From Bacteroidota bacterium (GTDB taxonomy: Bacteria > Bacteroidota > Bacteroidia > 2-12-FULL-35-15), in the NCBI GenBank assembly GCA_023251805.1, contig JAHEYB010000002.1:35038-99037 (forward strand): DNA of 64,000 nucleotides, given 5' to 3'. Numbering within the stretch: position 1 is the stretch's first letter; the number at the start of each line of letters is the position of its first letter. A program made the position numbers and the translations under genes. Under the pieces are notes generated by a model, which was not told where the DNA came from, did not search any database, and was given only the letters and a program-made list of their open reading frames with translations. Below, in pieces: positions 58,601 through 64,000 of this stretch.

Positions 58601-58922
58601 CCCACATTCCCGGCAATGTACCGCCACTACAAGTACTGTTTCCAATTTGTGCAGGACACAATTGAGAGATTTCTGTTCCACCAGGATTAGTAACGTTAAC
58701 CGATGCTGTAACACTTCCACCGCAAGTGCTTGTGCATGTAATAGTTTGTGTAACACCCGGGTCAAAACCAAGACAGTCAACAAATAAATTTAAGTTTAGC
58801 TGGTATTGATTTCCTCCTAAGCAAGTATAGCTTAAGTCGCCTCCTGCAATGTGAGAAGCTTTTGCAGAATTTGTAAAAAAGATTCCAAGCGAGAGTAGAA
58901 AAAGAAGTGTAATTTTTTTCAT
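55611..58922 (-). CDS. Large Cys-rich T9SS cargo with gliding-motility-associated (type B) CTD
   Basis: Signal ...AKASHIAGGDL, CCRN, Ig-like repeats, IPNVFTPNGDGVNDFF...IYNRWG...GTYFY; TATTTTTG -7 box at 58948-58955. Confidence 0.88.
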   Translation of the reverse strand: MKKITLLFLLSLGIFFTNSAKASHIAGGDLSYTCLGGNQYQLNLNLFVDCLGFDPGVTQTITCTSTCGGSVTASVNVTNPGGTEISQLCPAQIGNSTCSGGTLPGMWVFNFTGVVTLAPPCDTWNMSWNVCCRNGAIINLTAPSSQSSYIEATLNSVTDSCNNSPYFTSQPIPYVCQGQLVNYNYGVIEADGDSLYFSLINAMGAGATMLTYTAGYSATAPIPGIVIDPLTGQLTFTPMTLGNFVVVVLVQEYDASGNLIGTVMRDIQFIVQTCANQVPDPAPTAGAITGLTGTAVMAGPYQIEMCEGANFTFTATYTDSDAGDSLSIVTNILAVLPGATITFTGTNPLVATISWTAPGGSAGTNTNFSVTVNDGACPVMGQQTFVYDVNVNPRTLGGPDQIICGTQTATLAGTGGNVFTWSVLSGPPMVIGTNFSCNPCDNPVASPVSTTVYEVVSDLSGTCVNRDTVTVTIVADFTLTTVQSASTSCLLQPIQFDATSSPSGIYTYVWSPSTYLDNPSISNPTATITSPGTYTYYVQITSPLGCIKTDTATITINASYPPNPVSYVSDSVICVGDTVNLGVTFGASVPSVCGTNPVGCSAALVAQVGTGTATNTATTWPAPYANWYTSGKHQMLFRASELNAVGITGGKIDQIDFNVMAINGISLYHQYTINMGCTSLTALSTWVTGLSNVYTPKNYTVAVGWNAHPFDVAYEWDGISNLIVEICFNEGPPYPNYTQSCSSQYTTTPFVSCLYNLSDSSPMCPDLGFATAISNRPNVQFHYCGAAPDSSVYSYVWAPGTGGVFSPTTQTTGATPPNGTTSYYVIVTDTTSGCFDTAYVDVLANVTTLSVDAGTDVTICPGTPTNLNATGATQFVWSPGGTLSNPLIANPIASPFVTTTYTVSGTSQCAAGAGVDSVTVFVPVVGPLNASAGVNQEVCVGSPFSLASSSTGGFGSNTYTWTIISGYAGDSIQNANSSSAQVTPSVPATNIYQVQVVDACGFMTIDTVVVDVLLDCDLDIPNVFTPNGDGVNDFFVISANGIKTFSISIYNRWGEKVFESDDITKSWDGGDSNDGTYFYIVKAESINGKGFDNKGYLQLLGNR

Positions 58923-59184
58923 TTGTGTGGCGATTTGAAATTATTGACAAAAATACAAAAAACAAAAACGGTATCAAAACCAGAGATGGTTGATACCTTT
59001 TTGTTTTAATACCTATTGGAGTAGCAACAGGTTTCAAAATATTTTTTAAAAAATTGGAGACACCGGCAACAAAAATCGTGTATGTAGTGGTGGTAGAGCT
59101 AAAAACAGGATTAATATTTTTGAATTTGTTTTTGTCTGACGTTGGACCAGACTAAAAAAATTCTTCCCGATGCCCCAATTTTTA

Positions 59185-60150
59185 TTATCTCGTTAATTTA
59201 ATTTTTCCTTCTTGTTTGTATTTTTTCCCATCAGCACCAACTGCAGAAATTACATATAAATAAGTTCCCTCGCTGGCTTTTTCGCCTTTCTTAGTTTTCC
59301 CATCCCATTTTCCATCAATTCCTTCGTATTCATAAACTACGTTTCCTTTTTTATCATAAATGGTTGCGCTCATATTTACAATGTTCTTGCTTTGAAAAGC
59401 AAAAATATCATTCACTCCATCACCATTTGGAGAAAATTCTCTTTGATTAGATACTATGGATGAATTTGCAAAGGCTTCAACCCTAACACTATCAATTGCT
59501 ACTTTGCCATCGGCTCCGGTAGATGTAAGTTTAATCATATAAATTCCCGGCTCATCAAAAGGGTATACAGGGTTTGGAGAGATAATTGGCTTTGAACCAT
59601 CGTTACAAGACCATTTGTCGGTTTTTCCGCTTCCAATATTTGACACACTCACAATAAATGGAACCGAGCCACTTACACAACTTGCGGAGATGTATGCAAT
59701 ACGATCGTTTGCCAATAATGCCTCAATGTCTTTTTTATCTTTTTTAATCTTTATCGTTCCATTTGTGTTTTTAGGCTCCACTTCGTTTTTTGCTACCTCA
59801 GGCTTTTCTTTTATTGCAAGTGTTTCTGGTGTTAGGAATGTTTTAATTTCATCCACACTTGGTTTTTTAGTTTCTGCAATAACTTTTGGTTTAGGCTCTG
59901 TTGTTTTAGGTTTTGCTGTTTCGGTTTTTGTCCCGTTCATTACAAACACGGTAGCAATAACTGCTGCTGCCGATGAAACAATGGATATTACAGCGCTAGA
60001 GCCCAATTTATTTAGAAGCATTTTTCCAAATAAACCTAAACCAACACCTTTCATAGCCGTTTGCACGTTTTTCCAAACACTTGGATTAACATCTGCTTCA
60101 AAATTCTCAAACGAATCTTTAAATAAATCTTCTATATTATCTTTCTTCAT
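59185..60150 (-). CDS. Putative anti-sigma-like protein: cytoplasmic N-terminus, TM, PKD, type B CTD-like domain
   Basis: EDLFKDSFENFEADVNPSVWKNVQ, hydrophobic segment, PKD-like region, FSPNGDGVNDIF...WDG...GTYLY; starts 2 nt after ECF stop. Confidence 0.72.
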   Translation of the reverse strand: MKKDNIEDLFKDSFENFEADVNPSVWKNVQTAMKGVGLGLFGKMLLNKLGSSAVISIVSSAAAVIATVFVMNGTKTETAKPKTTEPKPKVIAETKKPSVDEIKTFLTPETLAIKEKPEVAKNEVEPKNTNGTIKIKKDKKDIEALLANDRIAYISASCVSGSVPFIVSVSNIGSGKTDKWSCNDGSKPIISPNPVYPFDEPGIYMIKLTSTGADGKVAIDSVRVEAFANSSIVSNQREFSPNGDGVNDIFAFQSKNIVNMSATIYDKKGNVVYEYEGIDGKWDGKTKKGEKASEGTYLYVISAVGADGKKYKQEGKIKLTR

Positions 60151-60152
60151 AA

Positions 60153-60683
60153 TTACTCCTTATCTATTGGAATGATCTTCTGTAAATGTGCTTTTGCCCT
60201 TGAGTATTGCGATTTGGATGTGCCTTCCGAAATGTTAAGCATTTCTCCAATCTCTTTGTGTGAATAACCCTCAATGGCATAAAGGTTAAATACTGTTTTA
60301 AATCCTACCGGCAATGTTTGAATTATCTTTAATAAATCCTTTGCCGCAAAGCTGTCGTTTATATAAGTATTGGATGGGAGCATAAACTCTACGCTATCCA
60401 ATTCGATGTTTTGTTTTAGTTTTTTGTTTTTCCGGATATTGGTAAGCGCAGTGTTTACCATAATCTTTCTAACCCAACCTTCTAAAGAACCCGTCCCTTT
60501 AAAGGACTCTATATTTTCAAATACGCTGATAAATCCGTTTTGTACTACATCTTCTGCCTCTTCTGTGCTGTCGCAATATCTGAGGCAAACACCCATCATT
60601 TTACGAGCAAATTTATCGTACAAGTTTCTCTGAGCAATTGCATTCTTATCGATGCACCCTTTTACTATTTGCTCATCAGTCAT
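60153..60683 (-). CDS. ECF RNA polymerase sigma factor
   Basis: AEDVVQNGF, GSLEGWVRKIMVN, LYAIEGYSHKEIG...GTSKSQYSRAK. Confidence 0.95.
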   Translation of the reverse strand: MTDEQIVKGCIDKNAIAQRNLYDKFARKMMGVCLRYCDSTEEAEDVVQNGFISVFENIESFKGTGSLEGWVRKIMVNTALTNIRKNKKLKQNIELDSVEFMLPSNTYINDSFAAKDLLKIIQTLPVGFKTVFNLYAIEGYSHKEIGEMLNISEGTSKSQYSRAKAHLQKIIPIDKE

Positions 60684-60701
60684 AATCGATTTCTGTTGTA
60701 T

Positions 60702-60729
60702 AGATGCAAAGTTGCATTATTTGGTTGCA
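60702..60729 (-). promoter_or_regulatory. Putative autoregulatory ECF promoter TGCAAC-N17-CATCT
   Basis: 18 nt upstream of the ECF start codon. Confidence 0.62.
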
Positions 60730-60799
60730 TCAGTAAAGTTTTTTTTAGTTTTTATCAACAAATCTTTATTTATCCATAAATCAATAGCACTTTTGGGGT

Positions 60800-63220
60800 A
60801 TGGCTAAGAAGTTTCAACGCAAAACAGAGGGAAAGAAGAAGAGCTTTTTTTTCGAAGAAATACTAAAAGTATTGTCTTCAAACCGCAATAAAGCACTCAA
60901 TTACAAGCAGATAGCAGCCGAATTAAAAATCACTGATTTTGGCCAAAGACAACTCATTAACGTTATTTTAGAAGAATTGAAGAAGAATGGTTCTGTAATT
61001 GAACCCGAACGAGGTAAATTCAAAATAAAACGCGCAGAACTTTTTGTTTCTGGCCGTGTAGACATGACTTCCACTGGGGCTGCATACATCATTTCTGAAG
61101 ATACCGAAGAAGACGTTATTGTTGCACCTAAAAAAACGCTTAATGCCATGCATGGTGATACTGTTAAAGTGCGTGTGTTCCCAAAAGGAAAAGGCAAACA
61201 AGAAGGTGAAATCATAGAAGTTATAGAGCGTGCAAAGACTGAATTTGTTGGCACATTGCAGGTTTCACCCAGATTTGCCTTTCTCGTACCTACCAACATT
61301 AAAATTCATGTCGACATTTACATCCCATTGGAAAAGTTGAATGGCGCTAAAGATGGGCAAAAAGCCATTGCAAAAGTTATCGAGTGGCCTAAAAATGGTG
61401 TTAATCCTATTGGTGAAATTAAAAGTGTGTTGGGTGATGTTGGTGAAAACAATACGGAAATGCATGCAATTTTGGCGGAATACGGACTTCCATACGAATT
61501 TCCAAAAGATGTAGAACGCGCTGCCGACCTCATTCCTATTAAAATTACACAAGAAGAAATCGCAAAAAGACGTGACTTCAGAAAAACCACCACATTCACC
61601 ATTGATCCGGTGGATGCAAAAGATTTCGATGATGCACTTTCCATACAAAAATTAAAGAATGGAAACTGGGAAATAGGCGTTCACATTGCCGATGTAAGCC
61701 ATTACGTGAAGCCCGATTCGATGATTGACAAAGAAGCAATTTCGCGCGCTACTTCTGTATACCTTGTAGACAGAGTTGTTCCGATGCTTCCCGAAGTTTT
61801 ATCAAACAATGTTTGTTCTCTTCGACCGAATGAAGAAAAATTGTGTTTCTCTTCTGTGTTTGAAATGACGGACGATGCAGAGGTGGTAGCAGAATGGTTT
61901 GGCAGAACAATTATTAATTCCGACAGACGCTTTACATACGAAGAAGCCCAACAGGTAATAGAAACAGAGGAAGGCGATTTTAAAGAAGAAGTTTTAACCT
62001 TAGATAGGTTAGCAAAAATATTACGCAACAATCGTTTTAAGAAAGGAAGTATTGCGTTTGAAAAAATGGAAGTGAAATTTCATTTGGATGAAGTTGGAAA
62101 TCCTACGGGAGTATTTTTTAAAGTAGCGAAAGATTCCAATCAATTGATTGAAGATTTTATGCTTCTAGCCAATAGAAAAGTCGCAGAGTTTGTTGGGAAA
62201 AAAAAGAGTGAAAGAGGAGAAAATCATAAGTCAAAAGAAAACAATAAAGAACCTCAACGGCCTTTTGTATATCGTATTCACGACAAACCGAATCCAGATA
62301 AGTTGCAAAATTTTTCGGAATTTGTGGCGAAGTTTGGTTATAAATTAAACGTGAAAAACATCAACACGGTTGCCGACTCAATGAACAACTTGTTGAAAGA
62401 AGTGAATGAGAAAAAAGAATCGGGAATGATTGAAATGCTTGCTATTCGCACCATGGCGAAGGCGGTATACACCACAAAAAATATTGGTCACTACGGATTA
62501 GGGTTTGATTATTATACACATTTTACTTCTCCTATTCGTAGATATCCTGATGTGATGGTGCACAGATTGTTGCAACATTATTTGGATGGAGGAAAAAATC
62601 CGGACATTGATAAATTGGAAGAACAGTGTAAACACTCTTCTGATATGGAGAAGCTGGCAGCAGATGCGGAGCGCTCTTCCATCAAATACAAACAAGTACA
62701 ATACTTAACGGATAAAATCGGAGAGGAGTTTGATGGTGTGATTTCGGGTGTTACGGAGTGGGGAATATTTGTAGAGATTATTGAAAATCATTGCGAAGGC
62801 ATGGTGCGTTTGCGTGAACTGCGTGACGATAATTATTATTTTGATGAAGACAATTATTGTTTGCGTGGCCGTAAATTCGGAAAAGTATTAACGCTTGGAG
62901 ATACTGTGCGTATTGAGATTAAGCGTGCCGACTTGGTAAAAAAACAATTGGATTTTGCATTGGTAGAAGTGTTTGAAGAGAAGTCAAAAGGAGAAACTCA
63001 CCCGCCTGCCGGTCGGGCAGGAAAGTCAAAAGGCGAGCAACGTTCGTTTTCAAAACGCGAACAACACAAAGCAAAAAGTAAAAATTACAAAGAGGAAATG
63101 AAGTCGGCAACGCAACGAAATGCTAATTCAAAACAAGAATCATCGCCTCCCCCTAAAAAAGAAGAGCCGAGGAAACCAACAGGGAATGCCTTTTTGGATG
63201 AATGGGGGTTTGAGGTGTAA
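60800..63220 (+). CDS. rnr: Ribonuclease R
   Basis: TIDPVDAKDFDDALS, VHIADVSHYV, YTHFTSPIRRYPD, S1 domain, charged tail. Confidence 0.96.
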   Translation: MAKKFQRKTEGKKKSFFFEEILKVLSSNRNKALNYKQIAAELKITDFGQRQLINVILEELKKNGSVIEPERGKFKIKRAELFVSGRVDMTSTGAAYIISEDTEEDVIVAPKKTLNAMHGDTVKVRVFPKGKGKQEGEIIEVIERAKTEFVGTLQVSPRFAFLVPTNIKIHVDIYIPLEKLNGAKDGQKAIAKVIEWPKNGVNPIGEIKSVLGDVGENNTEMHAILAEYGLPYEFPKDVERAADLIPIKITQEEIAKRRDFRKTTTFTIDPVDAKDFDDALSIQKLKNGNWEIGVHIADVSHYVKPDSMIDKEAISRATSVYLVDRVVPMLPEVLSNNVCSLRPNEEKLCFSSVFEMTDDAEVVAEWFGRTIINSDRRFTYEEAQQVIETEEGDFKEEVLTLDRLAKILRNNRFKKGSIAFEKMEVKFHLDEVGNPTGVFFKVAKDSNQLIEDFMLLANRKVAEFVGKKKSERGENHKSKENNKEPQRPFVYRIHDKPNPDKLQNFSEFVAKFGYKLNVKNINTVADSMNNLLKEVNEKKESGMIEMLAIRTMAKAVYTTKNIGHYGLGFDYYTHFTSPIRRYPDVMVHRLLQHYLDGGKNPDIDKLEEQCKHSSDMEKLAADAERSSIKYKQVQYLTDKIGEEFDGVISGVTEWGIFVEIIENHCEGMVRLRELRDDNYYFDEDNYCLRGRKFGKVLTLGDTVRIEIKRADLVKKQLDFALVEVFEEKSKGETHPPAGRAGKSKGEQRSFSKREQHKAKSKNYKEEMKSATQRNANSKQESSPPPKKEEPRKPTGNAFLDEWGFEV
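62981..63033 (+). repeat. In-frame repeat element in RNase R tail
   Basis: AAGTCAAAAGG at 62981 and 63023 flanking CACCCGCCTGCCGGTCGGGCAGG; encodes KSKGE-THPPAGRAG-KSKGE. Confidence 0.85.
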
Positions 63221-63223
63221 AAC

Positions 63224-63250
63224 AAAAACGCCACTCTTTCGGAATGGCGT
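63224..63250 (-). terminator. Probable terminator between convergent rnr and LytTR genes
   Basis: ACGCCA...TGGCGT stem with U-tract on minus strand. Confidence 0.55.
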
Positions 63251-63259
63251 CTAAAAAAT

Positions 63260-63286
63260 ATCTGTGAAAATCTGTGTAATCTGTGG
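63260..63286. repeat. ATCTGTG x3 patch
   Basis: ATCTGTGAAAATCTGTGTAATCTGTGG. Confidence 0.65.
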
Positions 63287-63295
63287 TAAAAACCC

Positions 63296-64000
63296 TTAAA
63301 TCATATTCAATCTCTTAGCTAAATCATCTTTATAAGAGCCACCGATTGGAATTAATTTTTTGTCTTCTTCCAAAATTAAATTCGGTTGTTCAATGGCAAC
63401 GATTTTGTCGATGCGAACGATGAAAGAGCGGTGCACACGAATGAAATCGGTTGTAGGCAATTTCTTTTCAATGTCTTTCATTGTGCTGTGGATAGTGTAA
63501 CGTGCACTGTTGGTGTTTATAACCACATAATCTTTTAATGCTTCCACAAAATAAATATCGCTGGTTTTTACTTTTACCAAACGAGAATTTGATTTCACGA
63601 AAATGATGTCTTTTGATTCTTTGTTTTCTACGATTGAGTATAAGAAATCCCGTTCTTTTTTTACATCTGTTTCTTTCTCGTGCTTGTATATCGCCATTTC
63701 AATAGAAGTGTGTAAATCAATTTCTTTGAAAGGTTTAATGATATATCCGTAAGGCTCCGAAACTTTTGCTTTACTTAGAGTGCTTTCATCCGCGTAAGCT
63801 GTCAAATAAATAATAGGAATATTATATTTTTCACGAATTTGTCCGGCTGCTTCAATCCCGCTCATATCGCCTTTTAGCATGATGTCCATCAATACCAAGT
63901 CTGGTTTTGTTTCTTCAGCAGTTTTAATGGCATCTTCTCCTGTTGAACACATTCCAACTACTGTGTATCCGAGCTTTTTAAGGCTATGTTGAATATCTTT
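63296..64000 (-). CDS. LytTR family response regulator (5' end beyond window)
   Basis: Frame open to edge (KDIQHSLKKLGYTVVGMCST); DLVLMDI, YLTAY, KP; LytTR FIRVHRSFIV. Confidence 0.94.
   Translation of the reverse strand, partial: KDIQHSLKKLGYTVVGMCSTGEDAIKTAEETKPDLVLMDIMLKGDMSGIEAAGQIREKYNIPIIYLTAYADESTLSKAKVSEPYGYIIKPFKEIDLHTSIEMAIYKHEKETDVKKERDFLYSIVENKESKDIIFVKSNSRLVKVKTSDIYFVEALKDYVVINTNSARYTIHSTMKDIEKKLPTTDFIRVHRSFIVRIDKIVAIEQPNLILEEDKKLIPIGGSYKDDLAKRLNMI

Noticed and set aside
58958..59008. Structured ncRNA upstream of the type B CTD gene
   Set aside because: Only a single imperfect hairpin (GGTATCAA/TTGATACC with A/T arms), consistent with a terminator; insufficient support for an RNA gene.

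Overview
AT-rich chromosomal window from a Bacteroidota bacterium, judged from T9SS type A and type B C-terminal sorting domains, TAnnTTTG -7 promoter boxes and the Bacteroidota-type exbB-exbD-exbD-tonB-pstS-like-TPR operon. Core content: a partial M1 aminopeptidase, a C10 cysteine-protease fusion, a biotin carrier, Tat-exported SOD, a PfkB kinase, tRNA-Asn, Kup, two DedA paralogs and a dicarboxylate symporter. These are followed by a complete nuoA-N complex I operon, a 2503-aa T9SS repeat protein, PhoH2, sixA-ppk1-ppx, a GbsR/MarR-led operon, an ECF sigma with a putative anti-sigma, RNase R and a partial LytTR regulator. No transposase, integrase, reverse transcriptase, cas gene or CRISPR array was seen. 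The most striking signal is in the nuo operon. Two ~78%-identical four-helix-bundle (23S-IVS protein/Avd-like) genes, one intact and one with a nonsense codon and missing from the ORF track, are each bracketed by inverted arrays of an AAGTCAA(AA) heptamer that could pair around the ORF in the mRNA. ORF-less heptamer arrays of the same or other sequence sit at most other nuo junctions, and the same motif occurs in frame inside RNase R. Several small palindromic REP-like families, one with clear compensatory base changes, occupy the same intergenic niches. All functional interpretations of these elements are inference; no searches or folding computations were run.
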